DNA of 45,938 nucleotides, filler included, from a bacterium (GTDB lineage Bacteria > JACRDZ01 > JAQUKH01): NCBI GenBank assembly GCA_028719205.1. It is 11 parts of 11 records of this genome, joined end to end, with 100 filler letters (N's around TTAATTAATTAA, not from the genome) between each part and the next. Parts side by side here need not be neighbours in the genome. Positions count along the whole stretch, not along the records: positions 18,211 to 23,136 come from JAQUKH010000060.1; positions 23,237 to 28,105 come from JAQUKH010000061.1; positions 28,206 to 31,376 come from JAQUKH010000063.1; 8 more parts are not named here. The stretch is one strand, 5' to 3'. A program made the translations under genes and the position numbers. Shown one piece after another: positions 20,001 to 29,785 of this stretch. Under the pieces are notes generated by a model, which ran no database searches, was not told the origin of the DNA, and worked only from the letters and a program-made list of their open reading frames with translations. Each line of letters begins with the position of its first letter. Position 1 is the stretch's first letter.

Positions 20001-20581
20001 TGTATTTACCGAATTCAATTCCGACAACTATTTCAGATGCATTTATGGGAAACCATACCAGAGCATTTTTGAGCGATGGGACAAATGATTGTTTGTTTAA
20101 TGTTACCCTTGATGATTCCGAGCAGGATGCAAGTGACGTGTCTTCACATGCCATAGAGGACGGGTCTGACATTTCGGATCATGTTATCCAAAAACCGAAA
20201 GTTATAAATCTTAATATTGTTTTGTCTGACGAAAGTATAAGCAATACGACTCCAATGTCATATGCCGCTGCATTTATTGATACCATTCAAGACCGAAAGC
20301 AACTTTTGCAAAACTGGATGGATGATAAGACTATTTTAACATATCACGGGCATGATGTGGATATAGACGATGTTGTCATTGAATCTCTTTCTAGAAATCA
20401 TTCGGCAGACACAGGAAGTGGTCTTGGTCTTAGTATGACATTGGTACAAATAAATATCGCAACTTCAGAAGAAGTAATTGTAAAATTTAACACTGTTAAA
20501 AAAGCAGGGAAATCTATAACAAATAAAACAAAAAAAGACGGTGTAAAACAAAAATCTATTTTAGCGAGCATGTTTGGATGA
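20000..20581 (+). CDS. Phage baseplate / tail tube initiator (Dit-like) protein
   Basis: V.SHAIEDGSDISDHV...P motif directly after the tape measure. Confidence 0.75.
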   Translation: MYLPNSIPTTISDAFMGNHTRAFLSDGTNDCLFNVTLDDSEQDASDVSSHAIEDGSDISDHVIQKPKVINLNIVLSDESISNTTPMSYAAAFIDTIQDRKQLLQNWMDDKTILTYHGHDVDIDDVVIESLSRNHSADTGSGLGLSMTLVQINIATSEEVIVKFNTVKKAGKSITNKTKKDGVKQKSILASMFG

Positions 20582-20928
20582 AATATGAATTTGAACATCT
20601 TCCGGTAACTCCCGACGAATGCCCGATATCTAAAATTTTTACTGTTGGAGAATCGGTTTATACATATGAGTTCAGGCACAATGAAAGATTTGATTTTTAT
20701 GTATTAACAATCAAAGACGCTGAAGATAAAATATTATATATTACAAAACTTGTGTATGCCGGGTCCGTTGTACACGCTGTTGTCGAAGATCTGGAAATTG
20801 ATTATGATATTTATCCCGTTAACCTTGATGATTTATTTACGCCGTTTAAAATACAAGATCAAACAGTAAACGAGGACAATCTTGATTCTAGAGTAAGATT
20901 GTATATAGATAATGTCACAACTCTTTAA
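20578..20928 (+). CDS. Small phage baseplate protein
   Basis: 116 aa with Y.YEFRHN.R.DF motif, at the usual position between Dit-like and hub genes. Confidence 0.6.
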   Translation: MKYEFEHLPVTPDECPISKIFTVGESVYTYEFRHNERFDFYVLTIKDAEDKILYITKLVYAGSVVHAVVEDLEIDYDIYPVNLDDLFTPFKIQDQTVNEDNLDSRVRLYIDNVTTL

Positions 20929-21709
20929 GCGAACAGCAGCGGTGAACATAGGAGGACGGGAATTTAAATGCCCCCCGTTCTCGATTGAATTTGAACAGAA
21001 GGTTATAATAAACGCTCCTACGATGACGGAATGTAAATTGTATAACCCTAATAACGATACAATAAAATCAGCCGAAGGAACGAAGAAAGGGACTTACTAT
21101 GATGGGCCGCAGGTTGTAATTACTGCCGGTTATGAAGAAGAAAATGGAATATGTGTATTAGGTAAATGCTCTCATTTCGAAGTTAAACGGCATGGAGCAG
21201 ATACAATACTTGCAATGAAAATCTGGGACACTCCGACAATATGGGCAAATACAATGATTGCCACAACATATAATAATTTAAAAATATCAAGTATCATTCA
21301 GGCCATTGTCAACAAAGCAGGCTTACGATTTGATTCAATTAAAGTTGGATCTGATAAAATTTTACCAACATTTACAGCGCAATATTTTAATACTGCGTTG
21401 CAAAATTTATGCAAGGATTCCGATTCGGAATATTTTTTTAATAATGGAATTCTGACTGTTCAGAGTAAAACAAAACTGGGAACAGCAAACGCCATTTTAC
21501 TGACTCCCAAAACCGGGTTAATAGATCTACCTGAAAAAACACAAGGCGGGATAAAATTTAAAACTTTATTCTTATATAAACTCATGGGCGGGTCAATTGT
21601 GAAAATAGAATCAAATAATTACAATAGTGTTTTTAAAATTATTCACGGTAAAAAAAAGTTTTCCACATTTGGAAAAGCAGAATGTGAGTTCGAGGCGCAA
21701 GCGGTATAA
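20912..21709 (+). CDS. Phage baseplate hub protein
   Basis: F.IEF, LYNPN, ITAGY, LTPKTGLI..P motifs; position in module. Confidence 0.7.
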   Translation: MSQLFKRTAAVNIGGREFKCPPFSIEFEQKVIINAPTMTECKLYNPNNDTIKSAEGTKKGTYYDGPQVVITAGYEEENGICVLGKCSHFEVKRHGADTILAMKIWDTPTIWANTMIATTYNNLKISSIIQAIVNKAGLRFDSIKVGSDKILPTFTAQYFNTALQNLCKDSDSEYFFNNGILTVQSKTKLGTANAILLTPKTGLIDLPEKTQGGIKFKTLFLYKLMGGSIVKIESNNYNSVFKIIHGKKKFSTFGKAECEFEAQAV

Positions 21710-22329
21710 TGGATTTTTCAACATTCATAAAAGATTTTTTTGATACGTATTCAAGGCAGATACAACTTGGACTGCCGTGTAAAATAGAAAAATTCGACAA
21801 GGAAAAAATGAGAGCCGATGTTCAGCCTTTTATGAAAATAAAGAATAACATGGATGAGGAAGCCGCCTATCCAATACTTTCTAATTTGCCGGTACAGTTT
21901 ATTTATGCCGGCGGATTTTATATCCGCCCCGCATATGAACGCGGGGATAAAGTATGGGTTACGTTTTCGACTTTTGACATGTCGAACGGACTTGATGAGT
22001 ATACAAGAGCGGAAAGTAAAAAGACATTCTCGATTGAAAATGCCTGTGTATCCGGAGGGATTGCGAGTAATAAATTTTCTCCGCCTTCTGAATTCGGGAC
22101 TGAAGATGGCTTGATAATCGGAGAAGAGGGAGGAAATTCCTATCTGGTATTTTCTGATGATGGAATTACAATGAGATTTAATAAGGGCGCAACTGAGATT
22201 GCATCAGATTCAAATGGGATTAAATGCGATAGCGAGGTTACCGCAAATTATAAAATTATGCCTATTGCTTTATCGACTCATAAACATATTTTTACCGGCA
22301 TGGGCTCGGTGGGGACTCCGACATCATGA
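21709..22329 (+). CDS. Gp138-family baseplate spike (membrane-puncturing) protein
   Basis: PCKI.KFD....ADVQP, LPVQF..AGGF....GD.V.V.F, C-terminal LSTHKH (HxH apex motif). Confidence 0.82.
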   Translation: MDFSTFIKDFFDTYSRQIQLGLPCKIEKFDKEKMRADVQPFMKIKNNMDEEAAYPILSNLPVQFIYAGGFYIRPAYERGDKVWVTFSTFDMSNGLDEYTRAESKKTFSIENACVSGGIASNKFSPPSEFGTEDGLIIGEEGGNSYLVFSDDGITMRFNKGATEIASDSNGIKCDSEVTANYKIMPIALSTHKHIFTGMGSVGTPTS

Positions 22330-22679
22330 GCACCTTACAGGTAATTAAATTAGTCGGAAATGACATTTCGTTGGTTAATAACCATACGCAAACTCTAACG
22401 GATGCGGACGCGCTTGCGCAAATACTCAAAAATAAAATGTCGTTGTGGTTGGGCGAGTGGGTGCTGGACACAACGGCGGGGATCGATTGGCTGGGATTGT
22501 TCAATCAAAGAATATTTCTAGAAAAGCGCATCGTGTCTATGTTGAGAAAAGTTTTGATTGCAGATACAAGGGTTACAAAAATCAGCACTCTAGATGTTGA
22601 ATTTAAGCGAACAACGAGGGAAATAACAGTAGATTTTGAAGTGCAGACAATTTACGGCGCGGTAACGGGGAGTATATAA
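22326..22679 (+). CDS. gp25-like / DUF2634-like baseplate wedge protein
   Basis: LWLGEW.LD..AGIDW and V.TIYG motifs. Confidence 0.75.
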   Translation: MSTLQVIKLVGNDISLVNNHTQTLTDADALAQILKNKMSLWLGEWVLDTTAGIDWLGLFNQRIFLEKRIVSMLRKVLIADTRVTKISTLDVEFKRTTREITVDFEVQTIYGAVTGSI

Positions 22680-23136
22680 TGGCCTTTGGAATTACAGACG
22701 CGGGATTTATACTTAAAACACAAGATGATATATTACAAGAGCTTACTGATTTGGCGGTTCTTCCGGAATATTTCGGGCCGACTCAGGATCTGACTATATA
22801 TGACCCTGTGGGGCAGTTCTTGAATATCATGGCTAAGGCTTTATCAGATAGCTGGGAAGGATTGGAAGACGCCTATTATTCATTTTTTATTGATACGGCC
22901 GAGGGGGTTTCTCTTGACCGGGTTGTTGCTCTTGGAGGCATGACGCGTATAGGAGCACAAAAAGCAACAGTAACTATCACGGCAAGCGGAGTAAATGGAA
23001 CTACGGTTCTAGTCAGTGATGTTCTCGGCCAGACTTCCCAAGCAGTCCAATTTGAGAACATTTCAAGCGGCGTTGTCGCGTCGGGGACCGTTGATCTGAC
23101 CTTCAGAGCTGTTGTCGCAGGGGAAGCAGGGATTGT
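22679..23136 (+). CDS. Baseplate J/gp47-family protein, 3'-truncated
   Basis: MAFGITDAGF..K, P.GQ, TAEGVSLD.....G.TR..A.KA motifs. Confidence 0.85.
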
Positions 23137-23236
23137 NNNNNNNNNNNNNNNNNNNNNNNNNNNNNNNNNNNNNNNNNNNNTTAATTAATTAANNNNNNNN
23201 NNNNNNNNNNNNNNNNNNNNNNNNNNNNNNNNNNNN
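23137..23236. other. Artificial contig linker
   Basis: N44-TTAATTAATTAA-N44. Confidence 0.99.
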
Positions 23237-23733
23237 CTTTAGATCGTTTGATATACGGCCTTGGAATAAGGCATGTTGGGGAGAAAACAGCTTTAATTCT
23301 CGCGCAAAAATTTGGTGACATTGAAAAGTTGCAAGCTTCCTCTTTAGAAGAATTAACGGATGTTTATGAGATCGGCCCTGTTATCGCGGATTCGGTTTTT
23401 CAGTTTTTTCACTCAGATAAAACTAAAATTTTAATAAAGAAGCTCAGGGAGCTTGGATTAAAAATGACCGCGGAAAATATTATAAAGGCGCCGCAGATAT
23501 TAAGAGATAAGATATTTGTTTTTACAGGCGAACTTACTTCTTTTTCCAGAAAAGATGCCGAAAAAATGGTAACTGACCGGGGAGGAAAAACATCATCAAG
23601 CGTTTCAGCAAACACAAGTTTTGTTGTAACCGGTGGAAAGCCGGGCAGCAAATTTAAAAAGGCAAAAGAGCTTGGCGTGAAAATACTGGATGAAAATGAA
23701 TTTTTAAATATTATTAATACAATAGGAGAATAA
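23237..23733 (+). CDS. ligA: NAD-dependent DNA ligase, C-terminal HhH + BRCT part
   Basis: YGLGIRHVGE, EIGPVIA, FVFTGEL...R, SSVS.NT..VV.G..PGSK..KA.ELGV. Confidence 0.95.
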
Positions 23734-23735
23734 AT

Positions 23736-24557
23736 TTGAATAAAAAAATAAAATATTTCATTTGCGGCGCGCTCATTATAATATCAGCTTTTTTCTGGAT
23801 AAGATATACTGAACCAAGGTTTTTATATCACCCTGGCTGGAATATGGAATCTCTGCCGGTAAATCAGGAATTACTCGCGGAAGATATAAGTTTTAAAACT
23901 AAAGATAATGTTGTTTTAAACGGATGGTTCTTTCCCGCTCCGTTAGAGGAACCAAGTAAGTTTTCAATACTCTATTTCCACGGTGGTTCAGGAAATATCA
24001 GTAACCGGCTTCCTATTATTGAATTTCTGCATAAACTTGGCTTAAAGGTATTTATTTTTGATTACCGCGGTTACGGTAAAAGCGAGGGAATACCCTCGGA
24101 AGAAGGCCTTTATCTGGACGGGCGAGCCGCGTATGACCTTATGAAAAGCCAGAATATAAATCCTTCGAACATAATATTTTACGGAGAATCTCTTGGCGCG
24201 GCCGTAGCGATAGAACTGGCACAAAAAGAAAAATGCGCGGGTGTAATTACTCTCGGCGCGTTTACAACAGCGAAACAAATGTTAAAAGCCTCTTTCAGGC
24301 TGTTCCCTTCGATGTTTTTCAAGTCAAATTACGACAATATCAGTAAAATAAATAAGATCAAAGCACCGATCCTCATTGTTCACGGATCCAATGATAGAAT
24401 TGTTCCTTATGAGCAGTCGGGAGAATTATTTAAAAAGGCAAACGATCCGAAATATTTCTATAAGGTTGATGACGCGGGCAATAATGACATATTTGAAACA
24501 GGAAAAACACCCTTCAAAAAGACCATTCATCTTTTTATTGAGAAACTTGGGGAATAG
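23736..24557 (+). CDS. Alpha/beta hydrolase (BEM46/ABHD17-like)
   Basis: LYFHG, DYRGYGKSEG.PSEEG, GESLG nucleophile, HGSNDRIVP. Confidence 0.9.
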   Translation: MNKKIKYFICGALIIISAFFWIRYTEPRFLYHPGWNMESLPVNQELLAEDISFKTKDNVVLNGWFFPAPLEEPSKFSILYFHGGSGNISNRLPIIEFLHKLGLKVFIFDYRGYGKSEGIPSEEGLYLDGRAAYDLMKSQNINPSNIIFYGESLGAAVAIELAQKEKCAGVITLGAFTTAKQMLKASFRLFPSMFFKSNYDNISKINKIKAPILIVHGSNDRIVPYEQSGELFKKANDPKYFYKVDDAGNNDIFETGKTPFKKTIHLFIEKLGE

Positions 24558-24567
24558 AAGAAAAGAA

Positions 24568-24600
24568 AAGGCCTGACAAGAGATTGCCAGGCCTTATTTT
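24568..24600. terminator. Bidirectional terminator between convergent genes
   Basis: AAGGCCTG-ACAA-gaga-TTGC-CAGGCCTT flanked by A and T tracts. Confidence 0.75.
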
Positions 24601-24611
24601 GCGATTAGGTT

Positions 24612-24815
24612 TTATATTTTTACTATATTTGCAGCCTGAGGGCCTTTTACGCCTTCTTCGATTTCAAATTGGACTTTATCCCCTTCTTTCAAGGATTTAA
24701 ATCCTGAACCCTGGATCGCGTTATGGTGAGCAAAACAATCTTTGCTTCCATCATCCGGTGTAATAAAACCATACCCTTTTGAATCATTGAACCATTTCAC
24801 TGTACCTGTTGCCAT
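24612..24815 (-). CDS. cspA: Cold-shock protein (CspA family)
   Basis: [41 protein letters not shown]. Confidence 0.95.
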   Translation of the reverse strand: MATGTVKWFNDSKGYGFITPDDGSKDCFAHHNAIQGSGFKSLKEGDKVQFEIEEGVKGPQAANIVKI

Positions 24816-24882
24816 TTGTTTCTACTCCTTTTGACGTTAAAATGAACATTATATCACACTTTCTATTATTAAATATAATTAT

Positions 24883-25404
24883 TTATTTTTTGTTCTGATG
24901 AATTTTTGAATATTGCCAAAGAGCTTTATCTACTGTTCTGATATCCTTGGAAACACTTTCGGATATCTCTTTTATTTTATCGCAATATGTCTGCCAGAAT
25001 TCAAAATTATAGCTCCTTGGCGGGATCCAGCCGATCGCCCATAAAGCTCTAAGATCCAGGATCGGGTATTTATCAGGGAAAGCAAAATGCAGGATCGCGG
25101 ATGCCGCGGGATATAAAATACCGTTAAGGACAAACAAAGATTCAATTCGCGCTTTTTCACTTTTTGTATTAAAACTAAATTCAGTGATCTCTCTGATCGT
25201 CAGATCATCGTTACTCTCATATATTTTTTTTGGCCTTCTGGATTTCCAAAGCCCTATTTTTACGAATTGCTCCTTATCCAGATACCTGTGAGTTTCAAGC
25301 CAGGCATACATTTCTTTTTCTACCAGTTCATTTACCGTATCCCTGTTCCGCTCATCATAAATCTTAGAATATTTTATGATATTTCTTTCATTAATTTCGA
25401 TCAT
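24883..25404 (-). CDS. Hypothetical protein, possible helix-hairpin-helix / glycosylase-like fold
   Basis: WKS.R, L.G..YP.ASAILHF..P..YPILD.RA, R.VDKALW pattern. Confidence 0.5.
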   Translation of the reverse strand: MIEINERNIIKYSKIYDERNRDTVNELVEKEMYAWLETHRYLDKEQFVKIGLWKSRRPKKIYESNDDLTIREITEFSFNTKSEKARIESLFVLNGILYPAASAILHFAFPDKYPILDLRALWAIGWIPPRSYNFEFWQTYCDKIKEISESVSKDIRTVDKALWQYSKIHQNKK

Positions 25405-25984
25405 TATAAGCTTCCCCTAATGCCGCACTCAGCATATCTATCCCGATTTTATTTTCCGCTGAACAAAAAATAACTTTATGCCTGTTAAATATATCTTTTA
25501 TTTTTTTCGTTTGTTTATCATATTCTGATTTTTTTATTTTGTCTATTTTATTCGCCACGATAAGAATTTCTTTTTCCTCTTTTTCCAAAACATTGAACAT
25601 ATCCATATCGCTGTCTGTCGGGCCGATTTTCGCGTCTATGATAAGAACTACTTTTTGAAAAACATAATCCGAATTAAATAAATACCAATTTGTCATTTCC
25701 TGTATTTTATCCCGCGTTTCCTTTGGCATTTTGGCAAATCCATAACCCGGCAGATCAATTAAATAAAAAGCTTTATTTATCAAAAATATATTTATCTGCT
25801 GAGTTCGCCCGGGGAAAGAACTGGTCCTGGCCAGATCTTTCCGTTTAGTTATAGAATTGATAACACTTGATTTCCCGACATTAGAACGGCCAATAAAAAC
25901 AATTTGAGGGGTACCATCCGCAAAAACATCATCAGCACCCACCACCCCTTTAAAAAACACCGCAGATCTTATATTCATACGCAT
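25391..25984 (-). CDS. engB: Ribosome biogenesis GTPase EngB/YihA/YsxC
   Basis: GRSNVGKSS, S.FPGRTQ, DLPGYG, NKID motifs. Confidence 0.95.
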   Translation of the reverse strand: MRMNIRSAVFFKGVVGADDVFADGTPQIVFIGRSNVGKSSVINSITKRKDLARTSSFPGRTQQINIFLINKAFYLIDLPGYGFAKMPKETRDKIQEMTNWYLFNSDYVFQKVVLIIDAKIGPTDSDMDMFNVLEKEEKEILIVANKIDKIKKSEYDKQTKKIKDIFNRHKVIFCSAENKIGIDMLSAALGEAYNDRN

Positions 25985-26055
25985 TCCTTACAGTTCCTTA
26001 AAAAGAACCGTCCTTTCATTTTACACGCAATTTATATTTATTTAAATTTAAGCAC

Positions 26056-26472
26056 TTACTTCTCTATCGGAGCCCCTAAGTCTTTAAGGTTTTGTTCTAT
26101 TTCCTTAAGCTCACTTGCTAAGGCATCGTATTTATTTTGCAGATCTTTTGACTCAATTTTCGCGAAATCTAACTTCATTTTACTTTCATCGTCCTTTTCC
26201 ATAGGATCGTTGATCATTTTACTGCCATACTTTTCTTTAGTGGTAAATACATATATTTGACCTGTAACCTCATCTAATTTATCTTTGATGATTTTTAATT
26301 CAGCAGTAACTGCCTGATGCCTTTCCAAAAGCCATTTTTTATTTCCTCTACGATTTTGCAATTCATTTTTTTCAGACTTAACTAATGGCTTACCGCATCC
26401 AGATGAGAAATTAAATAATAAACATAAAATTATAAGAAAAATAATTTTACTAAGCCCCACTTGATTTTTCAT
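26056..26472 (-). CDS. Hypothetical coiled-coil lipoprotein
   Basis: Hydrophobic signal ending SSGC, heptad-rich body, RBS GGAGG. Confidence 0.65.
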   Translation of the reverse strand: MKNQVGLSKIIFLIILCLLFNFSSGCGKPLVKSEKNELQNRRGNKKWLLERHQAVTAELKIIKDKLDEVTGQIYVFTTKEKYGSKMINDPMEKDDESKMKLDFAKIESKDLQNKYDALASELKEIEQNLKDLGAPIEK

Positions 26473-26500
26473 TTTACTTCTTCCTCCTTCCTCTTTATAT

Positions 26501-26540
26501 CTTTGCCGGTGACTTTGCGACTTTGCAGCTTATGACTTTT
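26501..26540. repeat. Degenerate 8-nt tandem repeat (GACTTTGC)
   Basis: ctttgc..gactttgc gactttgc agcttat gactttt directly after the htpG stop. Confidence 0.55.
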
Positions 26541-26544
26541 TTCT

Positions 26545-28105
26545 TTACTTCGTTGCCGTTTCCATGATTTCCATCATTCGTTTCACAAAATTCGCGGATG
26601 ACGGAAGATTTCCATCCGCGAGTAACGCGCCATCATAAAGCTGTTCTATGCATTTTTTTATAAACGGGTTTTTCGCGTCAGCGAGATACATTCTTGACAA
26701 ATTGTTTATTAATGGATGTGAAGTATTAACTTCCATGATCTTTTTTGAATCTTTATAATCCTTATTCATCATCTTCATGATCTTTTCGGTATGGCTGTCC
26801 ATTGCGTTTTTTCCTGCCACAATAGTAACCGCGGACTCAACCAGCCTCTTGGAAGCCACAACGTCTTCCACCCTGTCTCCGAGTGTTTCTTTAAAGAGGG
26901 CCAGCAGCGATTTAGTGATATTAGCTTCAGGCTTCTCAATCTTGTCTTCAGGGGCAAGTTCAATATCCGCCTTTTCTATGGATTTAAGCGGATGCTTTTC
27001 GAATTCAAATATAGACGGTATAATAAAAGAATCGATAGGATCTGTTAAAAACAGCACCTCTATCCCCTTTTTTTTGAAATATTCAAGATTAGGATTTTTT
27101 TCGATACTGGAACGGTGTTCTCCGCATTGATAGTAAATTTCTTTCTGATCCGTTTTCATCCCGGCAATATAATCCTTTAAAGAAATAATTTCTCCCGGTT
27201 TTTTCAAGGATGATTCGAAACGCAGCAGCTCTGTTATTTTATCTCTGTTGCTGAAATCGCTGGTAAGCCCGATTTTAAGAAGAGGCGAAAAATTCTTGTA
27301 AAATCCTTCATATTTATCTTTTGATTTATCCGCCATATCACCAAGATACTTTAATATTTTTTTAGTTAGTACTGACCGGATCGTGTTTATTGCCGGATGA
27401 TTCTGGATAAATTCACGGGAAACATTTAACGGTAGATCCGCCGTATCAACAACTCCCTTGATGAACCGCAGATATTCAGGCAGAAGGTCTTTACAGTCAT
27501 TTTGAATAAGTATCTTATTCGAATAAAGATGCAGGGACTTTTCTTTCTGAAATTGCCCCAGGTCATAAGGCGCTTTTTTTGGAATAAAAAGAAGCGCTTT
27601 AAAATTTACCTCACCTTCGATATCCAGATGAAAATATCCTAAAGGATCGTCAAAGTCATTGGCAATATATTTATAAAATTCATTCGCCTCGTTATCCTTG
27701 ATCTCATTAGTCTTTTTACGCCATAACGCGGTTATTTTATTAACCTTTTCACCTTTAAATAATATCGGGAAATCGGCGAAATTGGAATATTTATTGATAA
27801 CCTCTTTTACTCTGTACTCCTCTGAATATTCTTTCGCGCTGTCCTTTAATTTGAAAGATATCTTTGTTCCCCTTTTTTCACGGTCAATTTCTTCGATCGT
27901 AAAGGAACTTTCCCCTTTGGACTCCCACTTAAGCCCTTTTGAATTTTTGCCTGCATGCCTTGTTTCCACAACCACGTCATCAGCCACCATGAACACAGAA
28001 TAAAATCCAACTCCGAACTGGCCTATAAGATTTTCATCTATCTTTTTTCCGTCTTTCTTGATCTTTTCAAGAAATTCAACAGTGCCGGAATGGGCGACAG
28101 TCCCG
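26545..28105 (-). CDS. htpG: Chaperone HtpG (Hsp90), 5'-truncated
   Basis: GTVAHSGT and GQFGVGFYS upstream of the track start; LLPEYLRFIKGVVD..DLPLNVSRE; E.N.SHPLI. Confidence 0.96.
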
Positions 28106-28205
28106 NNNNNNNNNNNNNNNNNNNNNNNNNNNNNNNNNNNNNNNNNNNNTTAATTAATTAANNNNNNNNNNNNNNNNNNNNNNNNNNNNNNNNNNNNNNN
28201 NNNNN
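28106..28205. other. Artificial contig linker
   Basis: N44-TTAATTAATTAA-N44. Confidence 0.99.
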
Positions 28206-28656
28206 CGGGGTTTTTAACGCTGTATACATAAATGGCGATTCTGTCGGCCCCACGATGTATTACGGGCAGGGAGCCGGGCAGCTGCCAACCGCGAGCGCTG
28301 TATGGAGCGATATTATGGAGCTTATAAATAAAAAAGTTAATGCAAACAGTTCAAGTATATATTTTGAAAAAAATCCAAAAAATATCAGCAATATAAATGA
28401 CCTGTTCACAAAATATTATCTCCGGTTCTCAACATTAGACCAGCCGGGTGTATTATCCAAAATATCAGGGATACTTGGAAGCAGGAAGATAAGTATCGCG
28501 TCTGTAATGCAGAAAGAACGTTCCGCCGGAAATAAAGTCCCGATAGTAATGCTTACGCATGAAGCATATGAAGCTGATATGCAGGATGCTTTAGCGGAGA
28601 TAAATAAACTTGATATGATCAAAGACAAAACTGTATTGATCAGAGTAGAAAGGTAA
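28206..28656 (+). CDS. hom: Homoserine dehydrogenase, C-terminal part with ACT domain
   Basis: [30 protein letters not shown]....DQPGVL..I, ISIASV.Q. Confidence 0.93.
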
Positions 28657-28663
28657 AAATACA

Positions 28664-29728
28664 ATGTCAAATAATTGGCCGGGAATAATTGAAAAATATC
28701 GTGAGTTTCTGCCGGTAACAGGGAAAACTCCGGTAGTGACGCTTCTCGAAGGAAATACTCCGTTAATTAAAGCGGAAAATCTTGTTAAATTACTTAAAGG
28801 CAGCTTCAAGCTATTCCTTAAGTATGAGGGCTTAAATCCAACCGGTTCTTTTAAGGATCGTGGTATGACTATGGCAATTTCCAAGGCTAAAGAAAAAGGA
28901 ATGAAATCAGTAATATGTGCCTCGACAGGAAACACATCGGCATCCGCGGCGGCGTATGCGAGCCGCGCCGGATTGGAAGCAGTGGTTCTAATCCCTCAAG
29001 GGGCGGTCGCTATGGGGAAACTCGCCCAGGCATTGATCCATGGCGCGAAGGTGGTTGAGGTTAAAGGTAATTTTGATGACGCTCTCAGGCTTGTAAGGGA
29101 AATGGCGGAAAATTATCCGATCGAACTTGTAAATTCGGTGAATCCTTTCAGGATAGAGGGCCAGAAATCAGGCGCTTATGAAATATGCGATGTTTTAGGA
29201 GAGGCGCCGGATTATCATTGTATCCCGGTGGGGAATGCGGGAAATATTACAGCTTATTGGAAGGGCTATAATGAATATAAGAATGCTGATAAAATAAAAA
29301 AATTACCTAAGATGTGCGGGTTTCAGGCGGAAGGTTCCGCGCCTATAGTCAATAAAAGAATAATAGAAGATCCGCAGACAATAGCCACCGCGATAAAGAT
29401 CGGGAATCCCGCGAGCTGGAAACAGGCTGAAGCGGCCAGAGATGAATCAAAGGGTTTAATTGATACGGTAACCGATGATGAAATATTAGCGGCGTATAAA
29501 TTACTGGCAAGAACGGAAGGTGTTTTTGTTGAGCCCGCGTCAGCCGCTTCAATAGCAGGAATGATAAAACTCAATAAGAAAGGTGTTTTTAAAAAAGGCG
29601 ATAAAGTTGTATGTATACTTACCGGACACGGCCTGAAAGATCCGCAGAGGGCTATATCCTCAATTGAAAAGCCTTTAGTAGCGGACGCGACAATGCTATC
29701 TTTGAAGAAAGTATTAGGATATAAATAA
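28664..29728 (+). CDS. thrC: Threonine synthase
   Basis: [16 protein letters not shown] (PLP lysine), [25 protein letters not shown]. Confidence 0.97.
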   Translation: MSNNWPGIIEKYREFLPVTGKTPVVTLLEGNTPLIKAENLVKLLKGSFKLFLKYEGLNPTGSFKDRGMTMAISKAKEKGMKSVICASTGNTSASAAAYASRAGLEAVVLIPQGAVAMGKLAQALIHGAKVVEVKGNFDDALRLVREMAENYPIELVNSVNPFRIEGQKSGAYEICDVLGEAPDYHCIPVGNAGNITAYWKGYNEYKNADKIKKLPKMCGFQAEGSAPIVNKRIIEDPQTIATAIKIGNPASWKQAEAARDESKGLIDTVTDDEILAAYKLLARTEGVFVEPASAASIAGMIKLNKKGVFKKGDKVVCILTGHGLKDPQRAISSIEKPLVADATMLSLKKVLGYK

Positions 29729-29737
29729 AGGTAAACG

Positions 29738-29780
29738 CCCCCTTTGTCCCCCTCTTTAGTTAAAGAGGGGGTTGGGGGAG
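29738..29780. repeat. GC-rich REP-like palindrome
   Basis: CCCCC-tttgt-CCCCCTCTTTA-gt-TAAAGAGGGGG-tt-GGGGG with no U-tract, inside an operon. Confidence 0.7.
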
Positions 29781-29785
29781 TTTGT

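Larger units (their letters stand above)
18211..23136 (+). mobile_element. Phage (or tailocin) contractile tail/baseplate module fragment
   Basis: Tightly coupled genes in myovirus order: chaperone, tape measure, tube initiator, small protein, hub, spike, gp25-like, baseplate J. Confidence 0.9.

Noticed and set aside
18211-23136. Alternative genetic code in the phage contig
   Set aside because: The genes tile densely under the standard code with overlapping stops and starts.
29744-29785. N-terminal extension MSPSLVKEGVGGVC of ApgM
   Set aside because: It is a translation of the palindromic repeat; the real start is probably ATG 29786 or 29795.
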